IMG/VR virus record: IMGVR_UViG_3300042891_000377
Span: 1-64,000 of that record
DNA: 64,000 bases
Reading direction: 5' to 3' (one strand)
Source: a virus
The notes beneath the pieces were generated by a model that did not search any database, was not told the origin of the DNA, and saw only the letters and a list, made by a program, of their open reading frames with translations. Of this stretch, positions 30,441 through 41,396 are shown one piece after another. Every line of letters begins with the position of its first letter. The stretch's first letter is position 1. A program made the translations under genes and the position numbers.

Positions 30441-30719
30441 ATGGCGTCATACTCACTAACTGCTACCAACACAAGTCAACAGAGCCCTGTACTTAAGAAG
30501 GGAGTTATTATATTGTATTCATCGGTATCAATTTATTTTGTAGTAGGTGAAAATCCTGTAGTTGATCCTAACAAGTGCGCACTGCTACGTGCCGGCGAGA
30601 GTAGAGAACTGCGTTTTCCTGTTAAGTGTAGTCGTATTGCTGTGCAGGCAGTCAGCACACCCGGAGCAGTAACTATAACTGAACAAGCTGGCGGAGTAAA
30701 AGCTAGCTGTACAGCATAA
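30441..30719 (+). CDS. Small beta-rich putative virion protein
   Basis: TATAAATA upstream; SD. Confidence 0.55.
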   Translation: MASYSLTATNTSQQSPVLKKGVIILYSSVSIYFVVGENPVVDPNKCALLRAGESRELRFPVKCSRIAVQAVSTPGAVTITEQAGGVKASCTA

Positions 30720-30749
30720 GATTAACTAAATACACTAAAGAGAATAGTT

Positions 30750-31406
30750 ATGTCAGCAAACGGAATATCAACTTTACTAACCAAAGAACTACGCCAGAAG
30801 GCTAAATTAGATTTGGCAGCAACTGATCGTGCTGCCGACGGCAATCCTCGTGCTACTTACGATCTAACCTTATTGCCAACACAATATAACGGGAATGTTA
30901 TTATTGATAATCCCAATGCAGGTGGGTTAGTTACTGGTCGTCCTTGGATTGAAACAGTGTCGACATTTACATTCTACGAAGCATTTGGCACTACTACAAC
31001 AATATCAACTACAAAATTTGTTAGTGGTAATAAAATTTACGCAGAATCATCAACCTATGATGTTCCAAGTTATCAAAACGCTCGCATAGTTGTTAACGAC
31101 ATTCAAGTTGCTAACACTGCGCTACGTGGTCATACATTAGTAGTATTAGATTCATATGGCGATGTTGTCGCAGGACCTACCCAATATGATACCTGGGACC
31201 TAGCTGGTGCACCGGGTGCTCGTGCTGCTCTTGCCAGTGCATTAAGTTCAGTAGCCAGCGGCCGCATTGCGGTGTTAGTATCGTACGATGCAACAGGACT
31301 AGATGCCGGCATACGTTCAGCGATTAATACCGGTTACGGATCTACTAACAGTAATACTTGGGTATCTACTAGAGCTAGCCATATCTTTATTGGTGAGAAG
31401 GTTTAG
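30750..31406 (+). CDS. Virion protein with ILEI/PANDER-like lectin domain
   Basis: RGHTLVVLD..YDTW..ALSSV..AVLVSYDA. Confidence 0.6.
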   Translation: MSANGISTLLTKELRQKAKLDLAATDRAADGNPRATYDLTLLPTQYNGNVIIDNPNAGGLVTGRPWIETVSTFTFYEAFGTTTTISTTKFVSGNKIYAESSTYDVPSYQNARIVVNDIQVANTALRGHTLVVLDSYGDVVAGPTQYDTWDLAGAPGARAALASALSSVASGRIAVLVSYDATGLDAGIRSAINTGYGSTNSNTWVSTRASHIFIGEKV

Positions 31407-31419
31407 GTAAATACATATT

Positions 31420-31692
31420 ATGAAGATAGCAGAATTATTCAAACACATGATTGACTTGTTGGCGCAAGAAGAAGCTCAAGGCGACCAATCACAGGAAAAT
31501 GGTTCCGATGATACTGGAATGATGGTACCTCCATTACAGCAAAAAATAGAACTGCACAAAAAAGCACACGGTTTGGATAATGTCTATGATCAATCCAATG
31601 ACGGCACACCCGATGAGCTTACTATTATCAAACGTAACGCAGGTATAGCGTCAATTACTACTCCAGACGAAGACGAACCGTTTGAAGGATAA
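31420..31692 (+). CDS. Small acidic protein
   Basis: MKIAEL start; MVPPLQQKIELHKK. Confidence 0.6.
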   Translation: MKIAELFKHMIDLLAQEEAQGDQSQENGSDDTGMMVPPLQQKIELHKKAHGLDNVYDQSNDGTPDELTIIKRNAGIASITTPDEDEPFEG

Positions 31693-31702
31693 GGAGTAAT
31701 CC

Positions 31703-32143
31703 GTGTCCTTTACCCAAGATTTATTTACCCAAAGACGAAATTTTGAAGATGGCAATACCCGTATAGGTCAACTTGACCGTATTTGGTATGACGAACATCG
31801 TAATGCCTTTTACATCGGTGATGGAACAACACCAGGTGGTAGATTAATTGGCGGAGGCGGTGGTGCTGGTCTTGGATACAATACCAAACTAATCACCACA
31901 GCTAGTTATACAGTTATACAAGATGACTATTACGTTGGCGTCAACTATGCTGGTACCTGTACTATTACTCTACCGGTAAGCACCAATGGTGATAAAGTTG
32001 TAATTAAAGATGAAAGTGGATTAGCCAGTGTAAATCATATTATACTTGCTGGCAATGTTGACAATGATCTGGGTGGTGCTGTCCTAGCTATGGACAATGG
32101 AGCCATCCATATGATATACCGTGATGGGTGGAGAATAATCTAA
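31703..32143 (+). CDS. Tail-fibre-like protein
   Basis: IWYD..YIGDGTTPGG; TITLP..IKDESG motif. Confidence 0.6.
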   Translation: MSFTQDLFTQRRNFEDGNTRIGQLDRIWYDEHRNAFYIGDGTTPGGRLIGGGGGAGLGYNTKLITTASYTVIQDDYYVGVNYAGTCTITLPVSTNGDKVVIKDESGLASVNHIILAGNVDNDLGGAVLAMDNGAIHMIYRDGWRII

Positions 32144-33888
32144 TGACATATTTGTTTTCGAGTAATGTAGAAGTAAGCAACGATATTGGCAATCCGTTGC
32201 CTATTACAGTAACCAACACCAACGGTAACATAGTAAGTTTGGCAAATCCATTTCCAGTAACCTTGGGTAGCAATAGTATACAGATTATTGGTAATGTATC
32301 AATACCAACTACAGTAAACGTAGCATCAAGTCCGGACGATCCGGTACATACACATATTACAGAAATTGGTACCAGTGGCAATCTATTAGCATTAGGCATT
32401 AATTATATGCCCATCGGCGGTAACGTCGGCATAATAGGCAATGTAACTGTTCTACAAGGTACTAATCCGTGGACTGTGAATGGTAGTGTTGGAATTACCA
32501 GCATTGGTAATATTGATATAGGTAATACTAGTTTGCCTGTCAGGATCCAAGGTAACGTAAATGTAAATCCAATTTCAGTTACAGGTATAACGTCAAACGT
32601 AAACGTCAATCCACTTTCTGCCACAGTGTCGGGTAACATCGGTATACTAAACACCAATGGTAATATAGTAAGTAACACTAATCCATTCCCAGTAACTGGC
32701 AATTTAACTGCTACTATAACCGGAACTAGTACAGTAACACTAGGCACAGGATCAACAGATGCCTTTGGCAGACTGCGTACTAGCCAACCGTACACATTGT
32801 TTGACAGTAGAGCAAGATACTACGATCATAATGACTTCAGTAACGTTAATGTCACTGGCGGAACAGTAGTTTATGACACCAACAGTTCCACGTTTCGATT
32901 GAATGTAACTGCCGCCAATGGTTCTAGCGTTATAAGAGAAACAAAACGAGTGTTTCCTTATCAACCAGGTAAGAGTCTGTTAGTGTTAGCAACTTTCTGT
33001 ATGAACACACCTAAAACTAATCTACGTCAGCGTGTGGGCTATTTTACTACCAATAACGGTGTATACTTTGAAAACGACGGAACCTACAACTATCTGGTAA
33101 TAAGAAGTTATAGTAGTGGTGCGTTGGTTGAGGATAGAGTAAGACAAGATGCATGGGACAATCCATTTGCCGCATTAAATGTAGACAGAACACAGATTTT
33201 TTGGATAGATGTAGAATGGTTAGGTGTAGGATCTGTTCGTTGCGGATTTGTTATTAATGGTGCTTACGTGCTGTGTCATACGTTTCATCATGCTAACATT
33301 ATAGGCAATACTACTACATATATGACTACTGCAACATTGCCTGTACGGTATGAGATAACAAATACAGCAGCCACTGCTGGCACGAGTATGATGCGTCAAA
33401 TCTGTTCTACAGTTATCAGTGAAGGAGGATACAATGCCTTTACCTACAGCGAAACCGCAGGACGAGGTACTTCAGTATTAAGATTAGCAACAGCAGGAAC
33501 ATATTATCCCGTAGTCAGTATTAGATTGGCTAGTACAAGATTAGATGCTATTGTGTTGCCGAGACAGGTTGATGTTCTTAGTCCCACTGTAAACTACTAT
33601 CGTTGGAAGTTGGTGCTAAATCCTACCCTAACTGGTGCTACCTGGGCCGGAACTAGTACTTCGGGAACTATCGAATACGACACAGCTGCTACTGCTATAT
33701 CAGGCGGCACGGAACTACAGGCTGGCTATGTCAGCAGTAGAGAATTATCAGAGTTAGGAGCAGATGCTTTTGCCTTCCAATTAGGCAGAACACTAGCAGG
33801 AGTTAGCGATATAGTCACACTGGCCATGGCAGCAACATCAAACAACGCAGACGTGCTAGCGCAAATAGGCTGGCAAGAGATTACATAA
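32143..33888 (+). CDS. Virion structural protein
   Basis: N-terminal NPFPVT/GNV repeats; DAFGRLRTSQPYTLFD, YQPGKS and EWLGVG motifs typical of T4-like structural proteins. Confidence 0.7.
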   Translation: MTYLFSSNVEVSNDIGNPLPITVTNTNGNIVSLANPFPVTLGSNSIQIIGNVSIPTTVNVASSPDDPVHTHITEIGTSGNLLALGINYMPIGGNVGIIGNVTVLQGTNPWTVNGSVGITSIGNIDIGNTSLPVRIQGNVNVNPISVTGITSNVNVNPLSATVSGNIGILNTNGNIVSNTNPFPVTGNLTATITGTSTVTLGTGSTDAFGRLRTSQPYTLFDSRARYYDHNDFSNVNVTGGTVVYDTNSSTFRLNVTAANGSSVIRETKRVFPYQPGKSLLVLATFCMNTPKTNLRQRVGYFTTNNGVYFENDGTYNYLVIRSYSSGALVEDRVRQDAWDNPFAALNVDRTQIFWIDVEWLGVGSVRCGFVINGAYVLCHTFHHANIIGNTTTYMTTATLPVRYEITNTAATAGTSMMRQICSTVISEGGYNAFTYSETAGRGTSVLRLATAGTYYPVVSIRLASTRLDAIVLPRQVDVLSPTVNYYRWKLVLNPTLTGATWAGTSTSGTIEYDTAATAISGGTELQAGYVSSRELSELGADAFAFQLGRTLAGVSDIVTLAMAATSNNADVLAQIGWQEIT

Positions 33889-33973
33889 GATAATATCAAC
33901 ACTTAACCAAAACTCTTGACTATTATAAACTACCATGTTAAACTATCAGTTACAACTCAATAAATAATTAACT

Positions 33974-35596
33974 ATGTTATTTGGATTATTCATCTTAGCG
34001 GTGGCTTTAAGTATTTCAGCCGTGGCCGCATACTATTCCATAGCTGGATTAACAGCTATATTTGCCGCGGCTGTAGTGCCTATTATCATTATGGGTGCTG
34101 TACTAGAAGTAGGTAAAATTGCCGCTACTGTATGGCTACACAAGTTTTGGCATCGTGCTAACATACAGTTTAAACTTTATCTTGTTCCTGCCATTTTAGT
34201 GCTGATGCTGATTACCAGCATGGGTATCTTTGGTTTCTTATCTAAGGCACACATGGATCAAAACATTACGGTGGGCGATAGTGCCGCTCAAGTGCAGATC
34301 TTAGATGAAAAGATTAAAACAGAACAGGATAATATCAGCGTAAACAAACGAGCCCTACAACAAATGGATGCGCAAGTAGACCAAATGTTGGGTCGCACCA
34401 CAGATGACCGGGGTGCTAATCGTGCTGTGCAAATACGCAAGAATCAAGCTCGAGAACGTAAATCATTACAAGCAGATATCACTGCCGCACAAAAGAATAT
34501 ATCAGCACTGCAAGCAGAACGTGCTCCACTGGCTGCGCAGAATCGTAAAATTGAAGCAGAAGTAGGACCTATCAAGTACATAGCCGCACTGATCTACGGT
34601 GATAATCCTAACGCAGACTTACTAGAACGTGCTGTCCGTTGGGTTATTATCTTACTGGTATTTGTATTTGACCCATTGGCACTTATATTAATCTTAGCCG
34701 CAGAGCAAACTCTTATGTGGGCTAGAGAGGACAAGCGTAAGAAAGAAGATGAATACGAACTAGATGATGGCCCGTTAACTGACGAAGAAATTAGCACAAT
34801 AACTGCCACCGCTGACGTAGAAGACGTTGAAATGACTGAGAAGTTGTTTGACACCGAAGAAGAATTCTTTGCCCATGGTAAGGAAATAGCTCGAGAACTT
34901 GATGCTCAAGAAGATCGTTTACCTGATAACTATGCTAGTACACAAGCATATTTGCATACTCCATGGGTGTGGCCTGAACGTACTACAAATGAAGGACTAG
35001 TACCTAAACAACCTATAGTTGAAGATCCTTTAGATATTCCTATACCAGAAGGTGAAGAAATGTGGGCTCAAGAGGCTATTGACACTGACACTAGTAAACA
35101 GGACCTAGACAACGCTATTAGTTTAATTGCAGAAATGCAGTCTAAATTAGATGTACTACAAGCAGAGCACGATGCTAAACACGAAGAATTGGCGCAGATT
35201 AAATCAGTTGATCCAGTTACCCTAACAGACCATTTGGGCAATCCAATTGCCACATATTATCCACCAGTTCAACAGCAGGTAGTAGTACCAGATTTAAGTA
35301 TCAATGCTGAACTTGATGGTAATAGTGTAAGTGCTGGATTTGGTACAACCTTTCCAAAAAATCCAACCAAAGGTGATTTGTACCTAAGAGTTGATTATTT
35401 GCCTAGCAAACTATACAAATGGAATGATATCAAATGGATTGAAGTAGATAAAACTACTACAGATGTATATTCATATGATGTAGAATACATTAAACACCTA
35501 ACTAATAAAATAGCATCTGGCGAGTATGATGTAGATCTGCTTACACCGGCAGAGCAAGAACAAATTCAACAGTATATTAAAAATAACCCTCAATAA
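33974..35596 (+). CDS. Multi-TM membrane protein with coiled coil and acidic tail
   Basis: 3 N-terminal TM helices, coiled coil, EVGPIKY, VFDPLA TM. Confidence 0.7.
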   Translation: MLFGLFILAVALSISAVAAYYSIAGLTAIFAAAVVPIIIMGAVLEVGKIAATVWLHKFWHRANIQFKLYLVPAILVLMLITSMGIFGFLSKAHMDQNITVGDSAAQVQILDEKIKTEQDNISVNKRALQQMDAQVDQMLGRTTDDRGANRAVQIRKNQARERKSLQADITAAQKNISALQAERAPLAAQNRKIEAEVGPIKYIAALIYGDNPNADLLERAVRWVIILLVFVFDPLALILILAAEQTLMWAREDKRKKEDEYELDDGPLTDEEISTITATADVEDVEMTEKLFDTEEEFFAHGKEIARELDAQEDRLPDNYASTQAYLHTPWVWPERTTNEGLVPKQPIVEDPLDIPIPEGEEMWAQEAIDTDTSKQDLDNAISLIAEMQSKLDVLQAEHDAKHEELAQIKSVDPVTLTDHLGNPIATYYPPVQQQVVVPDLSINAELDGNSVSAGFGTTFPKNPTKGDLYLRVDYLPSKLYKWNDIKWIEVDKTTTDVYSYDVEYIKHLTNKIASGEYDVDLLTPAEQEQIQQYIKNNPQ

Positions 35597-35637
35597 CAAC
35601 GCATATAAATACATTTCAATAAGGAAGATAGTAATCA

Positions 35638-35874
35638 ATGGCACAACACGATTCAATGGTAAGAGGTAATACAGTTTACGTTAAAAATGATAACGTAGAA
35701 CAGGCAATGCGCAAATTCAAAAAGAACATACAGGACAGTGGACTAATATTAGATCTACGTGCCCGTGAGTCTTATGAAAAACCAACACTTAAACGCAAAC
35801 GCAAAGCGGCTGCGGCTAAACAACGTTGGAAAAAGAAATTATCCAGTCAAATGCTCCCAGCAAAACTATACTAG
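35638..35874 (+). CDS. rpsU: Ribosomal protein bS21
   Basis: V..DNVEQAMRKFKK...RESYEKPT.KRKRK.AAA..RW. Confidence 0.9.
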   Translation: MAQHDSMVRGNTVYVKNDNVEQAMRKFKKNIQDSGLILDLRARESYEKPTLKRKRKAAAAKQRWKKKLSSQMLPAKLY

Positions 35875-35883
35875 TAATATCCG

Positions 35884-37395
35884 ATGAATGTTTTAATTTT
35901 TGCTGACAATAGATTTCAAGCAAAACGATTAGGCATACTTCGCGCACCTGGCGCACACCGAATAGCAACACATCTACGTGAACAAGATATTAATACAGAA
36001 GTAATTGATTTCTATCTTGATTGGACCCAGGACGAAATTAAACAAATAATTGATTTAACAGTAAACAATCAAACACTGTTTGTTGGTTTTAGCTGTTCAT
36101 TGATGTTTGATGGTGTTAGTGAATTTGCCTACATTAGAGATTATATTCGTTCTCGTTATCCCTCAGTTGCAATTGTAATTGGTGGATATGGTACAACACA
36201 AAAAGGTTTTGACAATGCAGACTACTATCTTGAAGGATACAGTGAGTATGCGGTAACTGCATTAGTTAATCATCTCAAAGATTCAACAAATGAATTAAAA
36301 TTTAATGTTGATGACGCTGGTAGAAAAATAATCTACACAAAAGATTTATATCCAGTAAACAAACTAACCTCACTAAGAATAAACTACACACCGTCCGACT
36401 TTATACAAGGTGCAGAAACCCTGTCACTTGAAACTGCCCGTGGTTGTATTTTTAAATGTAAGTTTTGTTCATTTCAACTGCTGGGTAAAAAGAAAGTTGA
36501 CTATCTCAGAGACCCCGACGAAATACGCGATGAATTAATTCACAACTATGAACAGTACGGTACAACAAAATACATTGTAACTGAAGATACATTCAACGAC
36601 TCTAGTGATAAAGTTGACATGCTGTATAATATTACACAGTCACTACCATTTAAATTAAAACTTATGGGCTATATGCGAGCAGATTTGCTGGCCGCCCGAC
36701 CACAAGACATTCCAAAATTAATGGCATCTGGATTTGATAGTATGCACTTTGGCATCGAAACATTCAATGATCGAGCAGGGCAAGCCATTGGCAAAGGTAT
36801 GTCTGCTGTTAAATTAAAAGAAACATTAGTTAAGTTAAAGAAAGATTACCCACAATTATATGTGAATGGTACATTTATTGTAGGGTTACCTGGAGAATCA
36901 GAATCAGACATTAGGGAAACAGCACAATGGCTCATTGATTCTAAAGCAATTGATTTTTGGACATTCAATCCATTAATGATTCCAAAAAAGAACAAGTTAA
37001 TATATAGTTCAGAGTTTACTGATAATTATTTGATGTACGGTTACACTAAACTAAACGACGCTGAAGTTGACTTGGGTATGCAAACTAATCCAACCTTGTT
37101 GTATGGTTCTAAATTATTACCCTATATGGTATTATGGAAAAATAATTACTTTGATTACTTTGATGCTGCAATATTATCAAATAATATTAATCAGGCAGCT
37201 AACGCATTTAAGAAAGTAGATGCATGGACAACATTTGCTATTGCTGGCTTAGGGCATAATCTTGATCAGGTACAGCAATACAGTTATAATGGTGATAATC
37301 CGCTTGATCAAGAGTTAATTAACCAGCAGACCACTGATTTTATCAACAATTATAAAATTAATAAATTAAACTGGTTGACAACTAATGTAGTATAG
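35884..37395 (+). CDS. Cobalamin-binding radical SAM protein
   Basis: B12-binding-like N-terminus; ETARGCIFKCKFC; GIET; FIVGLPGE. Confidence 0.85.
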   Translation: MNVLIFADNRFQAKRLGILRAPGAHRIATHLREQDINTEVIDFYLDWTQDEIKQIIDLTVNNQTLFVGFSCSLMFDGVSEFAYIRDYIRSRYPSVAIVIGGYGTTQKGFDNADYYLEGYSEYAVTALVNHLKDSTNELKFNVDDAGRKIIYTKDLYPVNKLTSLRINYTPSDFIQGAETLSLETARGCIFKCKFCSFQLLGKKKVDYLRDPDEIRDELIHNYEQYGTTKYIVTEDTFNDSSDKVDMLYNITQSLPFKLKLMGYMRADLLAARPQDIPKLMASGFDSMHFGIETFNDRAGQAIGKGMSAVKLKETLVKLKKDYPQLYVNGTFIVGLPGESESDIRETAQWLIDSKAIDFWTFNPLMIPKKNKLIYSSEFTDNYLMYGYTKLNDAEVDLGMQTNPTLLYGSKLLPYMVLWKNNYFDYFDAAILSNNINQAANAFKKVDAWTTFAIAGLGHNLDQVQQYSYNGDNPLDQELINQQTTDFINNYKINKLNWLTTNVV

Positions 37396-37471
37396 TGTAT
37401 TATGATAAATAGTTATGTAGATGCCTAATTAGGGTCTACAACTATTACTTGCTTTTTATAAGGAGAAAACA
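37375..37471 (+). promoter_or_regulatory. sigma70 and late promoters plus ROSE-like RNA thermometer leader of dnaK
   Basis: TTGACA-N17-TATTAT; ATAAATA; hairpin 37416-37440; CTTGCT pairing with AAGGAG. Confidence 0.65.
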
Positions 37472-39388
37472 ATGAGCAAAAATACAATCATAGGCATTGA
37501 CTTAGGCACCACTAATTCTTGTGTGGCCATTCTTGAAAATAACAAATCACGTGTAATTGAAAATAACGAAGGTGCTCGTACTACACCAAGTATCGTTGCT
37601 TATGGCGATGAAATTATTGTAGGTGCTAGTGCTAAACGTCAAGCAGTTACAAATCCAAAAAACACAATTTACGCCAGCAAACGACTTATTGGTCGCAAGT
37701 TTGACGAATCAGCAGTACAAAAAGACATTGACCTAATGCCCTACAAGATCGTTAAAAACGAAAATGGTGATGCTTGGGTAGAAGTAAATGGCAATAAATT
37801 AGCACCTCCACAAATTTCAGCAGAAGTATTGCGCAAAATGAAATTGACAGCAGAGGACTATTTAGGTTATGAAGTAACTCAAGCAGTTATTACAGTACCT
37901 GCTTATTTCAACGACAGCCAACGTCAAGCAACTAAAGATGCAGGCCGTATTGCAGGACTAGAAGTATTGCGTATTATCAATGAACCAACTGCGGCGGCAT
38001 TGGCATTTGGTTGTGATAAGGGCGATAAAAAAGACCGTAAGATTGCTGTGTACGACCTAGGTGGAGGTACATTTGATATTAGTATTATCGAAATCAGTGA
38101 TATCGACGGCGAAAAACAATTTGAAGTATTGTCAACTAACGGTGATACATTCCTTGGTGGTGAAGACTTTGACCAACGTGTAATGGAATACTTGGTTGAT
38201 GAGTTTAAGAAAGAGTCCGGCATTGACTTAAAACAAGATATGCTTGCTCTACAACGTCTTAAAGAATCAGCTGAAAAAGCTAAAATTGAATTGTCAAGTT
38301 CAACACAAACAGACGTAAACTTACCTTACATCACTGCTGATGCTACTGGTCCTAAACACTTGTCAGTTAAACTAACACGTGCTAAGTTTGAAAGTTTAGT
38401 TGAAGATTTAATTAAACGTTCAATTGACCCATGTAAAATTGCAGTTAAAGACTCTGGTATTGCAGTCGGCGACATCGATGATGTTATCCTAGTCGGCGGT
38501 CAAACACGTATGCCTAAAGTACAAGAAGCTGTTGAAGCATTCTTCGGTAAGGCTCCGCGTAAAGACGTTAACCCAGACGAAGCTGTGGCAGTTGGTGCGG
38601 CTATCCAGGGTGCAGTATTAGGTGGTGACAAAACTGATGTATTATTACTTGACGTAACTCCGCTATCATTGGGTATTGAAACAATGGGTGGTATTATGAC
38701 CAAGCTGATTAAGAAAAATACAACCATCCCAACTAAAGCAAGCCAAGTGTTCTCTACAGCAGAGGACAATCAACCAGCGGTTACTGTTATGGTAGCACAG
38801 GGTGAGCGTGAGTTTGTTAAGGACAATAAAGTACTTGGGCAGTTTAATTTGGAAGGTATTGAACCACAACGTCGTGGTCAGCCACAAATTGAAATTACTC
38901 TTGACATTGATGCTAATGGTATCTTAAAAGTAAGTGCTAAAGATAAAGCAACTGGCAAAGAAAACAAGATTACTATCAAAGCTAACTCAGGTCTAACTGA
39001 AGAAGAAATTGATGCAATGGTACGTGATGCAGAAGTTAATGCTGATGCGGATAAAAAATTGCGTGAATTAGTTGATGCACGTAATCAAGCTGAAGCACAG
39101 GTTCATGATGTTAAGAAAACTGTAGAAGAAGCCGGTGACTCGGTAACTGCTGAACAACATACTGCAATCAATGATGCTATTGCCGCTGTAGAAGAAGCCA
39201 TTAAAGGTGATGATGTAGAAGCAATTACTACAGCAATGACTAAACTAGCAGAACCAATGGCACCAATCTACCAAGCTAAACAAGCACACGAGTCAGCAAC
39301 AGTTGAACCTGGTCAGCAAACAGCAACAGATGCACAAGATGGTGTTGTAGATGCTGAATTCACAGAAGTTAACAAGGAGAGTAAATAA
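37472..39388 (+). CDS. dnaK: Chaperone DnaK (Hsp70)
   Basis: [38 protein letters not shown]. Confidence 0.98.
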   Translation: MSKNTIIGIDLGTTNSCVAILENNKSRVIENNEGARTTPSIVAYGDEIIVGASAKRQAVTNPKNTIYASKRLIGRKFDESAVQKDIDLMPYKIVKNENGDAWVEVNGNKLAPPQISAEVLRKMKLTAEDYLGYEVTQAVITVPAYFNDSQRQATKDAGRIAGLEVLRIINEPTAAALAFGCDKGDKKDRKIAVYDLGGGTFDISIIEISDIDGEKQFEVLSTNGDTFLGGEDFDQRVMEYLVDEFKKESGIDLKQDMLALQRLKESAEKAKIELSSSTQTDVNLPYITADATGPKHLSVKLTRAKFESLVEDLIKRSIDPCKIAVKDSGIAVGDIDDVILVGGQTRMPKVQEAVEAFFGKAPRKDVNPDEAVAVGAAIQGAVLGGDKTDVLLLDVTPLSLGIETMGGIMTKLIKKNTTIPTKASQVFSTAEDNQPAVTVMVAQGEREFVKDNKVLGQFNLEGIEPQRRGQPQIEITLDIDANGILKVSAKDKATGKENKITIKANSGLTEEEIDAMVRDAEVNADADKKLRELVDARNQAEAQVHDVKKTVEEAGDSVTAEQHTAINDAIAAVEEAIKGDDVEAITTAMTKLAEPMAPIYQAKQAHESATVEPGQQTATDAQDGVVDAEFTEVNKESK

Positions 39389-39825
39389 TGAAACAAGTTT
39401 ACACAACCCTTGATATTCCAAGCCTTTACAAATTTGCTATTGGCTTTGATGATTTGTTTGCACAACTGCAACACTTAGAGCAACGTGGTAAGGACAGTGG
39501 CTACCCACCGTTTAATCTAATTAAACTAAATGAAACTAACTACGCTATTGAATTAGCTGTAGCTGGTTTTCAAGAAAGTGAATTAGAAGTAGAAGTTGAA
39601 GATGGTGATTTAGTTATTCGAGGTACCAATCGTGTAGTAGAAGAAGATGCCGGAGAATACATTCATCGTGGCATTGCGGCCCGTGACTTTGTCAAACGCA
39701 TTAAGCTAGCAGAAGGTGTAGAAGTCAACTCAGCACACGTCAAGAATGGTATCCTTACTGTTAAATTAGAACAATTTATACCTGAGCCAGTTAAACAAAA
39801 GGTTGCAATTTCCTTCGAAAAGTAG
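39388..39825 (+). CDS. Small heat-shock protein Hsp20 (IbpA-like)
   Basis: YPPFNL, AVAGF, HRGIAARDF, NGILTV. Confidence 0.95.
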   Translation: MKQVYTTLDIPSLYKFAIGFDDLFAQLQHLEQRGKDSGYPPFNLIKLNETNYAIELAVAGFQESELEVEVEDGDLVIRGTNRVVEEDAGEYIHRGIAARDFVKRIKLAEGVEVNSAHVKNGILTVKLEQFIPEPVKQKVAISFEK

Positions 39826-39890
39826 TAATATAATAATAAGGGTGGAGGAAACTCCACCCATCATTAACAAAACAAATAAAGAGAGCAGAT

Positions 39891-40199
39891 ATGGCCAAGG
39901 CAATTGCAAAAGTTAAAACAACTCCAAACTTATCAGTCAAAGAACCCAGTATGTACAAGGTCATTTATATCAATGACAATGTAACGACTATGGAATTTGT
40001 TATTGAAAGTTTGCGTGTGGTATTTGATATTGCCGTTGATACAGCAATTGAAATTACACAGACCATTCACGAAGAAGGTAGTGCAACAGTTATCGTATTA
40101 CCATATGAAATGGCAGAACAAAAAGGTGTTGAAGCAACACAACTTGCTAGAGCAAATGGCTTCCCACTTGTAATCAAACTTGAACCTGACACAAAATGA
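39891..40199 (+). CDS. clpS: ATP-dependent Clp protease adaptor ClpS
   Basis: PSMYKVIYINDNVTTMEFV...IHEEG..AE.K...GFPL. Confidence 0.92.
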   Translation: MAKAIAKVKTTPNLSVKEPSMYKVIYINDNVTTMEFVIESLRVVFDIAVDTAIEITQTIHEEGSATVIVLPYEMAEQKGVEATQLARANGFPLVIKLEPDTK

Positions 40200-40681
40200 T
40201 CTTTAATAAAATTAAAGAACTCAAGCAAGAAGGTAAGAAAATCGGTATAACTTTTAGTACGTTTGACATGCTACATGCTGGCCATATAGCTATGTTAAGC
40301 GAAGCTAAAAATCATTGTGATTACCTAATTTGTGGCCTACAAACAGATCCAACTATTGATCGTCCTGATACTAAGAATAAACCTATTCAAAGTATTGTAG
40401 AACGACAAATACAATTAGCCGCGTGTCGCTATGTAGATGAAGTGGTTATCTATCAAACAGAACAAGACCTAATTGACCTGTTGCTAATCTTACCATTGGA
40501 TGTGCGTGTCTTAGGTGTTGAATATGAACACGAAGAGTTTACAGGGCGAGAGGAATGTATGATGCGTAACATTGAATTGGTGTTTAATGGACGTGATCAC
40601 AGTTTCTCTAGTTCAAGTTTGCGTAAACGTGTAGCACATGCCGAAACAATTAAACTATTAAAGGATGGGCATAATGGGTAA
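40196..40681 (+). CDS. Cytidylyltransferase (TagD-like)
   Basis: FDMLHAGH; SSS.LR. Confidence 0.85.
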   Translation: MIFNKIKELKQEGKKIGITFSTFDMLHAGHIAMLSEAKNHCDYLICGLQTDPTIDRPDTKNKPIQSIVERQIQLAACRYVDEVVIYQTEQDLIDLLLILPLDVRVLGVEYEHEEFTGREECMMRNIELVFNGRDHSFSSSSLRKRVAHAETIKLLKDGHNG

Positions 40682-40856
40682 TATTAAAGTTGGTTTATTA
40701 ATGATCATTGCATGGCTTGCATTAGTATGGGCAGTGTATGGTTCAAGCGTAGAACATATCACTATGAAATATGATTGTGCTATTGCAGAAATTAGCCCAG
40801 ATGTTCCACAAACTGTTAAAGAACAATGTAGGAAACTACAGGAAGGTAAGAAATAA
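40665..40856 (+). CDS. Small membrane protein
   Basis: TM helix + YDC.IAEISPD.P..VK..CR. Confidence 0.55.
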   Translation: MGIMGNIKVGLLMIIAWLALVWAVYGSSVEHITMKYDCAIAEISPDVPQTVKEQCRKLQEGKK

Positions 40857-41389
40857 TGGATGTAATGTTAGACTTAGAAACACTAAGCACACGACCAGAA
40901 GCAACTATCTTAACATTTGGCGCTATTAAATTTAGCCCATACAATCAAGAGCCCATGACAGATGGTATCTACTATCGTATTAACGTTGATGAACAAATTG
41001 AGTTAGGCAGTCATGTAGACGAAAATACTATTGCATGGTGGGGCAAACAAGCAGATGATGTACGTGAAGAAGCACTTAGCCCAGAGAACCGTATTAGTCT
41101 TGAAGAGTTCACACAAAACTTAAATCGTTTCCTAGTAGGTGCTGACAATATTTGGGCACAGGGTCCGGTGTTTGATATTGTTATTTTAGAAAACTTATAT
41201 AGACGATTGGGCAAACCTTGTCCATGGCAGTTCTGGCAGATCCGTGATAGCCGTACTTTGCTTAGTAGTCTTGGTGACCCACGTGATAAAAACAAAGCAG
41301 GCCTGCACAACGCATTGGAAGATGCGGTTTCACAAGCACAGGCAGTACAAATTGTGTTTAATAAGTATAATATAATTAAACAACAATAG
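40856..41389 (+). CDS. DEDDh 3'-5' exonuclease
   Basis: DLET, FD, RD.RT, HNALED. Confidence 0.88.
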   Translation: MDVMLDLETLSTRPEATILTFGAIKFSPYNQEPMTDGIYYRINVDEQIELGSHVDENTIAWWGKQADDVREEALSPENRISLEEFTQNLNRFLVGADNIWAQGPVFDIVILENLYRRLGKPCPWQFWQIRDSRTLLSSLGDPRDKNKAGLHNALEDAVSQAQAVQIVFNKYNIIKQQ

Positions 41390-41396
41390 AGAAATA

